This document shows, one piece after another, positions 1 through 9,853 of a stretch of 64,000 bases of DNA; the stretch's first letter is position 1; each line of letters opens with the position of its first letter. A program made the translations under genes and the position numbers. The DNA comes from a virus. The DNA lies in the IMG/VR virus record IMGVR_UViG_3300028610_001314, one strand, 5' to 3'. The notes under the pieces were generated by a model, which ran no database searches, was not told the origin of the DNA, and saw only the letters and a program-made list of their open reading frames with translations.

Positions 1-30
1 GGAAATCGAACGAACAGAAAGCCGAACCGC

Positions 31-417
31 ATGGGTAAAAGCGTTAAGAAAAAGTTTGGAATGAAACCATTTATCCCATACCAAAAACCAGAACCATATC
101 GATCAAAAGGCTACAGGGAATACATTGCCACACACCCATGTTGGAGGTGTGGAAAGGGACCAACAGAGGCGGCACATTCAACCCTTGGTCGAGCCGGAAC
201 GTCAACCAAGGCCCCTGATTCTCAATGCCTACCGGAATGTGTCCATTGTCACCGAATCAAAAAGCATATGCAGGGCAGGAGTCCCCAGGCAATAGCGGCC
301 AAAGAAAAAATCATTGAGCTTATGTTAGACTATATTGAAAAAGAATATCGGGCCATAGACAGCAGGATGGTTGTGATCGATTTTTTAACTGATTTCATGA
401 AGGAGAAAAAGATATAA
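31..417 (+). CDS. Zn-binding putative HNH-type nuclease (DUF968-like)
   Basis: CWRCG...AAH...G...KAPD..CLPECVHCH pattern typical of lambdoid DUF968-like proteins. Confidence 0.6.
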   Translation: MGKSVKKKFGMKPFIPYQKPEPYRSKGYREYIATHPCWRCGKGPTEAAHSTLGRAGTSTKAPDSQCLPECVHCHRIKKHMQGRSPQAIAAKEKIIELMLDYIEKEYRAIDSRMVVIDFLTDFMKEKKI

Positions 418-439
418 AATTCATCAAAAGGAAATTCGA

Positions 440-694
440 ATGACCTGCGGTAACGAAACAAAACAGCGCCACATGGAAATGACCCAAGAAGAGAGGGATG
501 AAAATTTTTCTTGGATGTATGACTCATATCACAATGCCATTAAGCATGGAGTTGTCCAGTGCAGGGGTTGCTGGGAATGGCTTTGGTTAAAATATTTATT
601 TAGATGTTTTCATTGCGGTAGTTATTTTTGTACTAAATGTGGTTATGATCATTTCGGACCACATCCAAGGATTACGATAATAAAAGGGAGATAA
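440..694 (+). CDS. Small Cys-rich (zinc-finger-like) hypothetical protein
   Basis: CRGC, CFHC, CTKC..H motifs; collinear with neighbours. Confidence 0.5.
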   Translation: MTCGNETKQRHMEMTQEERDENFSWMYDSYHNAIKHGVVQCRGCWEWLWLKYLFRCFHCGSYFCTKCGYDHFGPHPRITIIKGR

Positions 695-696
695 AA

Positions 697-2463
697 ATGT
701 TAAACCAACAACAAAAAGAAGCCGCTGAAACCAGCTCTAACCAGGTTCTTGTATTAGCACCACCCGGCTCAGGTAAGACCGCGACCATTACAGAAAGGGC
801 TGCATATCTAATTGAACAAAAACAAGTGTCTGGATATGAATTATTACTTTTGACATTCACAAGACGAGCTTCAAGAGAGATGCGCGAAAGACTTCATAAA
901 CGAGTCGGCAATCAGGCTTACAAAATGACAATAGGGACATTTCATGCTGTGGCCCTGAACCTTCTCAATCGATTTGGGGAGCTTATTGGATTCCAGAAAG
1001 AATATAGTACTGTGTATGGAAATTTTGAGGAACAATATCTAATAAAAGATGTTGCCAGAGATATGGGATATTATGACGGAAAGCGGTGGAAAAAGATCAA
1101 AAAAGGGCAAATTGATGCCATTTTTGCCGATTATTATCACAGAGGTATTGAGCCTGGTCCAGCCGCACCTGGATATGATTTCTTTAAAGCTTTCGTTTTT
1201 AGATGCCGTGAGAATAATAGTTTTACTTATGGATCGTTACTCATAGGGTTAAGATCGCTTCTGCCCAAAATATCACAGTATTTACACTGGAAGCACATAA
1301 TTACAGATGAAAGCCAGGACACCGACCCCTTACAGTGGAGCATAATTCGTCAAATTCAAGATCTATGCGAAGCCACCCTGTTTTGTGTTTCAGACACGGA
1401 CCAGGCTATTTACGGTTTTCGTGGAGCCGATACTGGATATTTGATCAGGCACCAGCACGAATTTGACATCCATGAACTGAAAACCAATTACCGTTCAGAT
1501 GCCAACATAGTCAATGCCGCCAACCGATTAATCGAACACAACACAGACAGGCTTGAAAAGACAATGGCCCCCAACTTGGTGTCGATGTTAGAAATACTGG
1601 AGATCCCCAATGTTGACAGTGAAGGCCTGGTAAAAGTCATCAAAACTTTAATAGAAAACAGTCCTGACACAAAACGAGCCGTTCTTGGCCGGGTCCATGG
1701 TATCTTGCAGAAGTTATCCCGGTTATTGGAAGAAGAAGGAATTGATCATACCTACATCGGAAAGAAAACGGCCTTAACCAATTCGGAGGATTTTCGTCGG
1801 TTTCATGCATTTTTTAAACTGATCGTAAACCCCTTTGATAACTTCAGTTTTTTACTTGCTCATACTTTATTGGGTGTTTCCCGTGAAACATACGGAAAAA
1901 TTCGGGTTGCAGCTTCCCAGGAGCACAAAAGCCACTTTCAGGTATGGCAAGAGCTGCCGGGCATATTTAATTTTGCATCTGCTCATGATGAACATGGATG
2001 GGAATTAAAAGCTACCATGGCGTATGTTGGGTTGACGATAAAAGAACGGTTTGTAGGATGTGCAGATGATAGTACGGAGGAAATCGAATCTTTTGTCCAG
2101 GCATGGATAGACGATAATCCCAACGGAGATATCAGAGACTACATGGAATGGCTTGCAACTTTTGATATCCAGGATGAAATGGCAGAGGAACAACCCCTTT
2201 TGACGCTATTAACGGGCCATGCCGCCAAAGGGTGTGAGTGGCCGACTGTTATTATTGCGGGGACTAATGAGGGTTTGATACCGTCCAAACAGGCTATTAA
2301 AAGCGGGGATATTGAAGCAGAAAGAAGGCTTTTTTACACTATGATTACCCGTGCGGAGGATCGCTTGATAATTACAACCCGGCCCACAGAGAAGGTCAAC
2401 GAATATACCGGAGCGATTTCACTGGAGCCGGTGTCACGATTTATAAATGAGATGAAAACTTAG
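697..2463 (+). CDS. UvrD/PcrA/Rep-family SF1 DNA helicase
   Basis: Walker A APPGSGKT, LLTFTRRA, TFHA, DESQD, DQAIYGFRGA, NYRS, TGHAAKGCEW, ERRLFYTMITRA. Confidence 0.95.
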   Translation: MLNQQQKEAAETSSNQVLVLAPPGSGKTATITERAAYLIEQKQVSGYELLLLTFTRRASREMRERLHKRVGNQAYKMTIGTFHAVALNLLNRFGELIGFQKEYSTVYGNFEEQYLIKDVARDMGYYDGKRWKKIKKGQIDAIFADYYHRGIEPGPAAPGYDFFKAFVFRCRENNSFTYGSLLIGLRSLLPKISQYLHWKHIITDESQDTDPLQWSIIRQIQDLCEATLFCVSDTDQAIYGFRGADTGYLIRHQHEFDIHELKTNYRSDANIVNAANRLIEHNTDRLEKTMAPNLVSMLEILEIPNVDSEGLVKVIKTLIENSPDTKRAVLGRVHGILQKLSRLLEEEGIDHTYIGKKTALTNSEDFRRFHAFFKLIVNPFDNFSFLLAHTLLGVSRETYGKIRVAASQEHKSHFQVWQELPGIFNFASAHDEHGWELKATMAYVGLTIKERFVGCADDSTEEIESFVQAWIDDNPNGDIRDYMEWLATFDIQDEMAEEQPLLTLLTGHAAKGCEWPTVIIAGTNEGLIPSKQAIKSGDIEAERRLFYTMITRAEDRLIITTRPTEKVNEYTGAISLEPVSRFINEMKT

Positions 2464-2473
2464 AGGTATTGAA

Positions 2474-2701
2474 ATGAAATTCGACCCAACAGAAAAAGAA
2501 AGTCAAGAAATACAAAATTTGTTTAATGGATATCACCAGGTCTACTGTAATCTTGTAAAGCATTTTCCTGAGTTTAAAGTATTGATAGACGGATTACCGA
2601 ACCTAGATAATATCAATTTAATATTGCCGGAATTAAAACCGATTTTAGCAGATGCGCTTTGTCGTGTGCGTAATTTGGCTGATGGATCGATAGAGATATA
2701 A
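2474..2701 (+). CDS. Hypothetical protein
   Basis: 75 aa ORF with GAGG RBS, directly after the helicase. Confidence 0.6.
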   Translation: MKFDPTEKESQEIQNLFNGYHQVYCNLVKHFPEFKVLIDGLPNLDNINLILPELKPILADALCRVRNLADGSIEI

Positions 2702-2708
2702 AAAAACA

Positions 2709-2918
2709 ATGCTAATCACCCATCTTTTCGACCTGTACGTTCGCAGAAACTATCCACCGGACATCCTTTCGAGAGAACACGGAGACGATGACAAGATGTT
2801 TATCCGTTTCGAGTGGATGTCCGGCAAAACCAGAGAATTTGGATATACCGAAGCATCTTATGATGCAATCTGGAAAAGGTTTAATGATTATTGGGCAGGC
2901 GCTACTTTAAGTCTTTAG
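2709..2918 (+). CDS. Hypothetical protein; last gene of the + block, overlapping the end of the convergent late operon
   Basis: 69 aa ORF in operon context. Confidence 0.5.
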   Translation: MLITHLFDLYVRRNYPPDILSREHGDDDKMFIRFEWMSGKTREFGYTEASYDAIWKRFNDYWAGATLSL

Positions 2919-3429
2919 TCTTGCTTCCACGGCTACTTCCGAACTCAAACGCAAAACCATCTCCGATCATCTTAAGCAAAGCCCCGACTGACATATTGAA
3001 AATAGCCAGCACCGCAGGTTTGATTTCTGCATTGCTGTTAATTTGATAGATAATAAAGACAAGGGCCGCAAAAGCCAGAAAGAGCATTATGTCGGCACGA
3101 TAATTGTGATATCCCGCCTTGGTCATTGCCGTATCTCTTGAACGGGCATCTTACCGGTCAGCCAGGTAAGCCTTTTCGAGTTCGAGTTCTATCTGGGCCA
3201 TGCTCTGTTTAAATTCTAGGGCTAATTTAGGATCATTTTTAAAAGCCTGCTGTGCAACCTGTAATCCCTCCGGAGTATCAATATCCTGCCCTGTGAGCTG
3301 TTTTGCTGTATTGGCAACAGTTTCGGCTACTTTTCCAGCCTTCTCGCCGGCAAAGTGTTTGATTAAACCTGGCGCGAATTCAGTTGCTAACTTTAACGCG
3401 GCCCCGATTGCTAATAGTGGTAATGGCAT
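2902..3429 (-). pseudogene. Holin-like membrane protein interrupted by one in-frame TAA (3151-3153)
   Basis: ORFs 3151..3429 and 2902..3126 share a frame, joined by ...YLADR*DARSRDTA-M; two hydrophobic segments and C-terminal FEFGSSRGSKTKD motif of phage holin-like proteins; next to the endolysin. Confidence 0.65.
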
Positions 3430-3845
3430 TAGACTACCTCAAAGTGAACTAAATCTTGGAAGTCTTGATCAGTTACAGGCTCTCCATCCATGTCCCAGTT
3501 CCCGCCCCATCGGATAGCTATTCCTAATTTAGCCGCGGCTGCTTGGATAATTCCAGCGAGGACACAACAATGAAGCTTGTTCCAGCTAATCTTTCCATTA
3601 ATATATGGAACTGCATCAAAAGCTTTAGCTGGCATCGAATTGTGCTTACTATTCGGCCATTTGACTTTGGTCTTTTGTGGAGATGTATGGAAATAAGAAT
3701 CCTGAACCTCCTTCTTTCTATGACTCTCTATTATCGCAAAGTCCATAATTCCATAAGCCATAGCTTCTCTAGCTACATAAGCTAACCCTGATTCAAGATT
3801 TTCAATATGAAGTATCGAGTTTCTACCAAATCTGTATTCGCCCAT
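3429..3845 (-). CDS. Endolysin, peptidase M15 (L-Ala-D-Glu peptidase type)
   Basis: SKHN...AFD, IRWGGNWD and DLVHFE motifs. Confidence 0.9.
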   Translation of the reverse strand: MGEYRFGRNSILHIENLESGLAYVAREAMAYGIMDFAIIESHRKKEVQDSYFHTSPQKTKVKWPNSKHNSMPAKAFDAVPYINGKISWNKLHCCVLAGIIQAAAAKLGIAIRWGGNWDMDGEPVTDQDFQDLVHFEVV

Positions 3846-3846
3846 T

Positions 3847-4008
3847 TTAATCAGCCCTCATTTCTTCAAGCATCTTTTCAATTCGTTCGTCGGCATCAAT
3901 AATAGTAGTGTCGATTTCTTTCAAAGACTTACATGATTGCTCTGTCTCGCGCTCCTGCGCTCCATTTTTGCCGTTAAATCTCTTTTTAATTCTATCGAGA
4001 AGATTCAC
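3847..4008 (-). CDS. Small lysis-cassette protein (53 aa, GTG start, not in ORF track)
   Basis: Hand translation MNLLDRIKKRFNGKNGAQ...EEMRAD; GGAG RBS; fills the gap between neighbours. Confidence 0.5.
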   Translation of the reverse strand: MNLLDRIKKRFNGKNGAQERETEQSCKSLKEIDTTIIDADERIEKMLEEMRAD

Positions 4009-4255
4009 TGCGCTGTCTCCTTACGATTTCTTCAAGCAAATCGGTTAGTTTTGTTGTGGTTTTAGCCATTGCCAGTGCTTGGCTAACCACTTCTTTATTA
4101 TATGCATCCTTTGCATCCAAAACAACGCCCATTCTCTTGCGCTGTGTATATTGCTCGTATTTGGTCCAAAGGAGTAAAGCGAATATTAACATGCCAGTAG
4201 TACTCAAATCGGCAATTATCGGGTCTAAGATTTTAGTAACTATTGTTTCCCACAT
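3992..4255 (-). CDS. Putative holin/membrane protein
   Basis: Hydrophobic segment TTGMLIFALLLW, charged C-terminus, upstream of endolysin. Confidence 0.5.
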   Translation of the reverse strand: MWETIVTKILDPIIADLSTTGMLIFALLLWTKYEQYTQRKRMGVVLDAKDAYNKEVVSQALAMAKTTTKLTDLLEEIVRRQRSESSR

Positions 4256-4267
4256 CAGCTTCCTCCG

Positions 4268-4543
4268 CTACCTCTTCTTATCTGGATATATAAGATCTGA
4301 ATTTAAATGATAAAGCATATGACGTATTTCATGAGAGAGAACTTCATGGCTTATATAAATCTTTCCAAACTTATCTTCCCCCTCGATTATAAGCAACCTG
4401 TGATCTTCCCACCAATATCCGAACTTGTCTAGTTTAGGTACTATCAAAACCTCAAACGCAGGAACCTTAATGGTAATATTTTTGGCTATAGGAGTGGCGC
4501 AACTAACAAAAAATATTAGACTAAGTAATAACATTGTTCTCAT
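4268..4543 (-). CDS. Small lipoprotein with HExxH motif
   Basis: Signal peptide and lipobox (FFVSC); EVLSHEIRH. Confidence 0.5.
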   Translation of the reverse strand: MRTMLLLSLIFFVSCATPIAKNITIKVPAFEVLIVPKLDKFGYWWEDHRLLIIEGEDKFGKIYISHEVLSHEIRHMLYHLNSDLIYPDKKR

Positions 4544-4544
4544 T

Positions 4545-5402
4545 CTACACTCCTACCCCCATTACCTTTCCAATGCTCGCACTAGTTACTCCATCCACCT
4601 TACCCGGAGAAGCGACTCCGCAGAATTTATGCGCCCATCCAGCAACTTGTCTCATCATCCAAATTGGCACATGCTCAAACATCCCGTATGGATTTAAGTA
4701 TAGTTCTGCTATTTCTTGTAGAGTTAGTTCTTGGTTATACACAGAAACAAATGAAAGTAAGCCATTCCACTCATTCCCTCCCGCAACAACGTCTGTCCCT
4801 ATTATGTTCCTAGCGTCTAATCCAGCAAACGCACCTGTCGCTGTCAGTGTTTGTGACATGCCATCTACATAAGCCTTGAAATTTCCTTGTATTGTAGCTC
4901 CAGCCCCATTGTATGAAACAGCATAATCTCTAGTAAATCCCAACATCTTTGCTGGTGGATAGCCTGTCCTTTGTCTTGTCCAACCAGCATCATTGCTGCC
5001 AAAGAATAATCCGTAATAGCTAGGGCTGCTAAGCTCATCATTGCTTACACCAAAAACAAAACTACCAGAATTGGTTTTTAATGTTAAGATTATGGGATAT
5101 GCATAGGAATCTTCCCATGCATCAACTTTTCCCCTTCCAACAAGAGTGAATGGACGGCCTGTATCCAAGAAAATCTTATCAGTTCCTAAATCCACATACC
5201 CAGTAGAACCGTCAAAGTCTATACCACCAGCTATCCAGCCTGTTCCACCTTGCAACTCTCCCTCATTACCATTTCCACTCAAGTCATAAATCCGATCACC
5301 AGCACCTTCATTCATTACCCAATAACCGACCAATCCCCTTGACAAAGGATGCCTCCAATTAATCTGAGTGCCGGGCAAGGGTTTTTGAAGCTGTGAACCC
5401 AT
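4545..5402 (-). CDS. LamG/concanavalin-A-like domain virion protein
   Basis: GLVGYWVMNEGAG..IYDLSGNGN, IDFDG, VSVYNQELT..EI..LY motifs. Confidence 0.8.
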   Translation of the reverse strand: MGSQLQKPLPGTQINWRHPLSRGLVGYWVMNEGAGDRIYDLSGNGNEGELQGGTGWIAGGIDFDGSTGYVDLGTDKIFLDTGRPFTLVGRGKVDAWEDSYAYPIILTLKTNSGSFVFGVSNDELSSPSYYGLFFGSNDAGWTRQRTGYPPAKMLGFTRDYAVSYNGAGATIQGNFKAYVDGMSQTLTATGAFAGLDARNIIGTDVVAGGNEWNGLLSFVSVYNQELTLQEIAELYLNPYGMFEHVPIWMMRQVAGWAHKFCGVASPGKVDGVTSASIGKVMGVGV

Positions 5403-6046
5403 TATATCCCCGTATTTAAAGTATAAGCCGAAAAAGTATAAACATCTGGTCCATCTGTATCATAGTCAGCATTATAAATTATTCTTATTCTACTTAATGA
5501 AAGGCAGTCTATTGTTAATGTCCACTGAGCCACAACCTCACTCCGAGCATCATCAATGTCCATAATCACAGATGCAGCATTAGTTTGTTCATTAGCAAGA
5601 CCGTCAAGAATGGTGATTGTGTCAGCGCCGTCGCCGCCATTTGCTGTCTGAAAAACGACCTCCGAATTAGCAGCTGTTGTGTTTTTGATGAATTTAAACT
5701 TGCCGTCATTGTCAATCCCGGCAGTTGCAGGATTAGTACAGGCAATTTCTGTTTCACCGGCTGGTTCAGTAGCATCAAATGCAAGCGGAGCAACCGGAGT
5801 TCCAACAGGTCCGACAAATCGAGTATAGTTTGTCCAGTCATCTTTAGCTGGCGTTGCTTCTCCCGTAGTCTGAATAATAACTTCAGGTTGGCCGGTTGAT
5901 GCAACCGCTTCGCCCAAAACGGCTTTAATATTTAAAGTAACCTGATAAGCAGTACTTACGTCAAGCTCGGTGCCGAGTCGCATGGCAGTATTTGCCGTCA
6001 AAACCCATTCATCAAGCGTTGTTTGTGATCCTTTTGTTAGTGCCAT
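5402..6046 (-). CDS. Putative virion structural protein
   Basis: 214 aa, T/A/G-rich, within tail gene cluster. Confidence 0.6.
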   Translation of the reverse strand: MALTKGSQTTLDEWVLTANTAMRLGTELDVSTAYQVTLNIKAVLGEAVASTGQPEVIIQTTGEATPAKDDWTNYTRFVGPVGTPVAPLAFDATEPAGETEIACTNPATAGIDNDGKFKFIKNTTAANSEVVFQTANGGDGADTITILDGLANEQTNAASVIMDIDDARSEVVAQWTLTIDCLSLSRIRIIYNADYDTDGPDVYTFSAYTLNTGI

Positions 6047-6047
6047 T

Positions 6048-6329
6048 TTACATCTCCAAATTATTATTTAAAAAAGTTACAAGATTATCCATTTTAGCAT
6101 GATTAAAAACCTGCTGTTCATTTTTATATCCGTTGATAGCAGACTGCATTAATCCTAAAATTTCTTGTTGTTTGGCATCAATATCCTCACCAAAACGATA
6201 TTTGATCGAAAAGTTCTTGCTGTGAACTTCAACATCTTCGTTAAATATTTTGAGATTCACTACAATATTCCACATCTTTGGCATTGTTTCCAAGACAGAA
6301 ACCTTTGATATTTCTATTTTTAAAGCCAT
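6048..6329 (-). CDS. Hypothetical protein
   Basis: 93 aa ORF with GGAG RBS in late operon. Confidence 0.6.
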   Translation of the reverse strand: MALKIEISKVSVLETMPKMWNIVVNLKIFNEDVEVHSKNFSIKYRFGEDIDAKQQEILGLMQSAINGYKNEQQVFNHAKMDNLVTFLNNNLEM

Positions 6330-6341
6330 GAGCTACTCCTT

Positions 6342-7250
6342 TTAAGCAATTTCTACCCAAGAATTAGATGGATCAAACAGAATCGTATTTGTATCTGGCT
6401 GCTGATAACCGACAACCCTAACTATGTCAGCACTTCCACTTGGCCTAGTCGTCGTCATTCCTCCAGCAGTCGTAGCGTCAACATAGAGCGCATCACCAGG
6501 ACTTGTCCAGTTCCAATCATCCTCCCTGATATAGCCGTATTTTAAAAGTACACATGCATCACCGTCAGACGCCCCGGAAGATATAACCATTGCCAACTCA
6601 ACATCTCCCGCCGTTGCCTCTGCATCTGCATCAGTCTTTTCCCACCTACCATCAGCATTAGCAAGATAAACAAGCTCTCCGAATGCAGCACTCGCATATC
6701 CAATTACCCCTGTTGCTGTGATGCCTGAGTATTTACCATCGGCTGAAATGGCTGAGTCGAGTAAGATTGGATTTTCAGCAACCGTAAGTGTTCCACCTAT
6801 CGTAAGAGCCGCAACTGTCGCACTTCCAGATGTATTGATATTATAGGTATCTTCATCGGTATGAGTAGACATTGCATGTGCAGCAGCGGTAGTTGCTGTA
6901 ATAAGAAAGCCATTTGTATCAAGGACTGCTATCTTTACACCGTCTGTATGTAGAGAATACCCAATCCCAAGCGACATTGTTTCTGGGATAATATATCTCG
7001 GATTACCTCCATCAGCCGGATCAAGCCTAAGTGTAATATCCACTGCAGCACTATGCGTATTAACCAAGGTTATCGCCATAACAACGACTATATCCCCAGC
7101 TGTATAAAGTGCGGCAGTCAAGGTATCAGACAACGATCCCGCGGCGAGTTGAGTCAGCACATCTCCAACCAACCCATGAAAGGTATAATCAACAACCGCA
7201 TCTACACTTGCTCCACCTTCCAAAACATCTGTATTGTCAAGAACTAACAC
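6342..7250 (-). CDS. Putative tail-associated structural protein
   Basis: 302 aa; C-terminal YIREDDWNWT...LYV...GGMTTTRPSGSADIVRVVG module typical of phage fibre/capsid-cement-like proteins. Confidence 0.6.
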   Translation of the reverse strand: MLVLDNTDVLEGGASVDAVVDYTFHGLVGDVLTQLAAGSLSDTLTAALYTAGDIVVVMAITLVNTHSAAVDITLRLDPADGGNPRYIIPETMSLGIGYSLHTDGVKIAVLDTNGFLITATTAAAHAMSTHTDEDTYNINTSGSATVAALTIGGTLTVAENPILLDSAISADGKYSGITATGVIGYASAAFGELVYLANADGRWEKTDADAEATAGDVELAMVISSGASDGDACVLLKYGYIREDDWNWTSPGDALYVDATTAGGMTTTRPSGSADIVRVVGYQQPDTNTILFDPSNSWVEIA

Positions 7251-8912
7251 TCACATTCCTCCGAAGACAACTGCCCACTTAATTGCCTCAGCCTTATGAT
7301 TATGCAAACTTCCTGCATCAGAGCTTCCCCCGACAAGAGCTGTATGCCTTGCCGAAGTCAAATGGTAATGCTCAGCAGCAGTTCCACCCAGCAAACCTGC
7401 CAAATTCTCATGATCCGAAGCTTGAGCCGCTGTAAACTGAGTTTCCCAAACTGACTGAACTTGAACTGGAGCATCAACTCCTTGCTTAATTATAATCCGT
7501 CCGATAAGAACAGAATGCTCAACATGATGTGCGCTTAAATTAGTTGGGGGTGCTTCTGCTTCTGCTCCAGCAGCACTGACAAACTGTGCTTGTCCATATA
7601 CAATAGCTATCTCGTCATCGTCTGCTTCGACATAAATCCAAAGATTACAATATTTGTTATTAGCAAGGTTTGCAAGCGCAGCAGCTCCGGTCTGGGTTAT
7701 ATCATTCCACTTATCAACCCTATATTGATAGAGATCATCATCATACCAGTCACCCTGATCGTCTAAATAATACGCTTCGAACGTATCTGCATCCCCCACA
7801 CTCGTAAACTGTGTTATGGGGAACTCGTTTAATAAACCCCAAAGGGTTCCCCCGCTTACAGTTAATCTTCTCGTAGCAGTTACACCTGGTACGAGTCCAC
7901 CAATATGATTATCTCGAATTAAATGTCCCTGTCCTCGAAACCTCTCGATTATATTGGTAATCCCGTCAGTAACCCACCAAGGATTTTGCAAAATATGCAA
8001 GGTCCCACCAACATTAACTACACTTCCCAGAGAAAATTCCGTATCAAGGTCATAAGTATCGGCTGTCCTTACATCAACCACAGGAGGCGTGCCATAAACC
8101 ACACCAAGGAACCGAGTCGTGTCTGTAGGAATAGCCTTATCCGCTTGAGCCCAATCAAAGCTTAACAATTCTGCGGTATCATCATCGGTTGCTTTGATAA
8201 ATCCAGTCCCAAGAGCAACCCTGACAACTTCACCGCCAATATCAGAAATAACCCCTCCGGTTGCCCTACCCGCCGACCCAAAAAGATTTATGTATTCTCT
8301 AACATTTGTGTAGGTGGCTCCAGCGATAATAGGGATTCCTATCTTCTCGGCACCAGAAGCACCACCAGCAGTAGTCGCACTTAGCTCGGTTTCCGTGTAA
8401 TACCTCGCATCATGAATATGCAAACCACCTGCATCGCTTCCGTCTGTAAGTGTTTCCAACTCCGTCCCCGTAGCCGTGGTGTCAGCATGATCGGCAATAT
8501 CGTGGTCAGATCCAGGTTGAGCAGGAACTAATTCAGACTCAAAGATAGATTCATCAGAATTGAAATTCTTTAGATAACACGTATAGACAAATATAACTGC
8601 ATGATCGCCAGCAGGAGAAGGAGTGCCGCTAAAAGCGTACTCTCCCGCCGTGTTAAACGTAGTGGTGATATTATTTCCGCCCGAGTCAACAGGCGTTTCC
8701 CACGTTGGCTTCCCGTTTGACAGAATAGAAACAAGCGCGTCCGTGTCCGTACCCCACTCGTCTAAAACAAATACCACATCCGGGCCATTGCCAGCGGGTT
8801 TCGTAATCGTACCGCTTGTTATACCGCTACCAGCAGTGTCAAACCAAGTGGCTTTAATGTTTTTTTCTGCTACGTTTACAGGTTGTGGTATGCCATTTAT
8901 GATTTCGGTCAT
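7251..8912 (-). CDS. Putative tail fibre/virion protein
   Basis: 553 aa; HIHDARYYTETE and HENLAGL..G...EHYHLT motifs common in fibre proteins. Confidence 0.65.
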   Translation of the reverse strand: MTEIINGIPQPVNVAEKNIKATWFDTAGSGITSGTITKPAGNGPDVVFVLDEWGTDTDALVSILSNGKPTWETPVDSGGNNITTTFNTAGEYAFSGTPSPAGDHAVIFVYTCYLKNFNSDESIFESELVPAQPGSDHDIADHADTTATGTELETLTDGSDAGGLHIHDARYYTETELSATTAGGASGAEKIGIPIIAGATYTNVREYINLFGSAGRATGGVISDIGGEVVRVALGTGFIKATDDDTAELLSFDWAQADKAIPTDTTRFLGVVYGTPPVVDVRTADTYDLDTEFSLGSVVNVGGTLHILQNPWWVTDGITNIIERFRGQGHLIRDNHIGGLVPGVTATRRLTVSGGTLWGLLNEFPITQFTSVGDADTFEAYYLDDQGDWYDDDLYQYRVDKWNDITQTGAAALANLANNKYCNLWIYVEADDDEIAIVYGQAQFVSAAGAEAEAPPTNLSAHHVEHSVLIGRIIIKQGVDAPVQVQSVWETQFTAAQASDHENLAGLLGGTAAEHYHLTSARHTALVGGSSDAGSLHNHKAEAIKWAVVFGGM

Positions 8913-8922
8913 TTAAAAGCCT

Positions 8923-9510
8923 TTAATAATTAACATAGCGAAACCCAATCGCCCATTCTATATCCTTCAAAGTCAATCCCCTATATTTAATTCTCTCTTG
9001 TTCTGTAAGCGGCCACCGTTTATTCTTAGAACAGTTAAGTTTATTCGAAAGTATTTGCAAATTTCGCTCATGATGTTTTCCGTTTTTAGCCAAAGGCTTA
9101 ATATGGTCAACAACATATCCCCCAATTTTAAGTGAATTAAAATATTTACACAAACTATATAAAAACATAATTTTAGAGAAGACACTATCGTCTGGTTTTT
9201 GGCTTTTTATTCTTGCCTTTCTTTTTCGTTGCATGTGACATTTATATCTTTTCGACTGTGACAAACCATGTTTATAGTAGATGTGGTTTTTTCCGGGTTG
9301 GAATAAATTTTTACTTTTCTTGGCAGCCTCTCTCGTTAAACACCCACATGATCTGGTTTCTCCAATTCTAAGACCAGACCCAACAGCACTGACTGTACCA
9401 CCACAGTCGCACTTACACTCCCATATCGCATGACTGTTTTTAATACCAGCCATTTTTAATACAGTCAGCCTTCCGAATTTTTGCCCATTTAATTCCAAAA
9501 TTTTCCCCAT
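8923..9510 (-). CDS. HNH homing endonuclease
   Basis: N-terminal GQKFGRLTV..WECKCDCG...SCGC domain plus VDHIKPL..NGKH..RNLQIL...N.SK. Confidence 0.85.
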   Translation of the reverse strand: MGKILELNGQKFGRLTVLKMAGIKNSHAIWECKCDCGGTVSAVGSGLRIGETRSCGCLTREAAKKSKNLFQPGKNHIYYKHGLSQSKRYKCHMQRKRKARIKSQKPDDSVFSKIMFLYSLCKYFNSLKIGGYVVDHIKPLAKNGKHHERNLQILSNKLNCSKNKRWPLTEQERIKYRGLTLKDIEWAIGFRYVNY

Positions 9511-9688
9511 TTTATATTATCCAAACAATAGAACCAAAAGAAAAAAATATAGCAATATTAACAAGAAAAAATTCTCTCTTTCTGTCAGGCGAAATCGTGA
9601 AGATATCTCTTTGCGCGACATTAACCCCTTTAAGCGTTGACTTCCAGATAGCCACCTTTGGAATAGTCGTGCTTGTATTAGCGCCCGA

Positions 9689-9844
9689 TTAGCATATTTT
9701 GAAAACGGAATCGACTCCCGCACCAGCGGGTTTCGATACCGTGCCGCTTGTTGTTCCCGAACCAGCCGTTGAAAACCAGGTGGCCTTAACATTTTTCTCT
9801 CCTACATTAACAGGTTGTGGTATACCGTTTATAATTTCGGTCAT
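9689..9844 (-). pseudogene. Truncated diverged copy of the 5' end of gene 7251..8912
   Basis: Hand translation MTEIINGIPQPVNVGEKNVKATWFSTAGSGTTSGTVSKPAGAGVDSVFKIC*, 39 of the first 48 residues identical to the full gene. Confidence 0.75.
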
Positions 9845-9853
9845 TTTAGAACC

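Noticed and set aside
3151-3153. Genome-wide stop-codon reassignment (TAA to Gln)
   Set aside because: Only one in-frame TAA break was seen; long genes are intact under the standard code and many end in TAA overlapping the next ATG.
9511-9690. Group I intron carrying the HNH gene
   Set aside because: No recognisable core; only 10 nt lie between HNH stop and the downstream gene, which begins with its own full ATG start rather than a 3' exon.
9517-9792. ORF-track 91-aa protein
   Set aside because: Alternative frame over the degenerate duplicated gene start and the AT-rich HNH leader.
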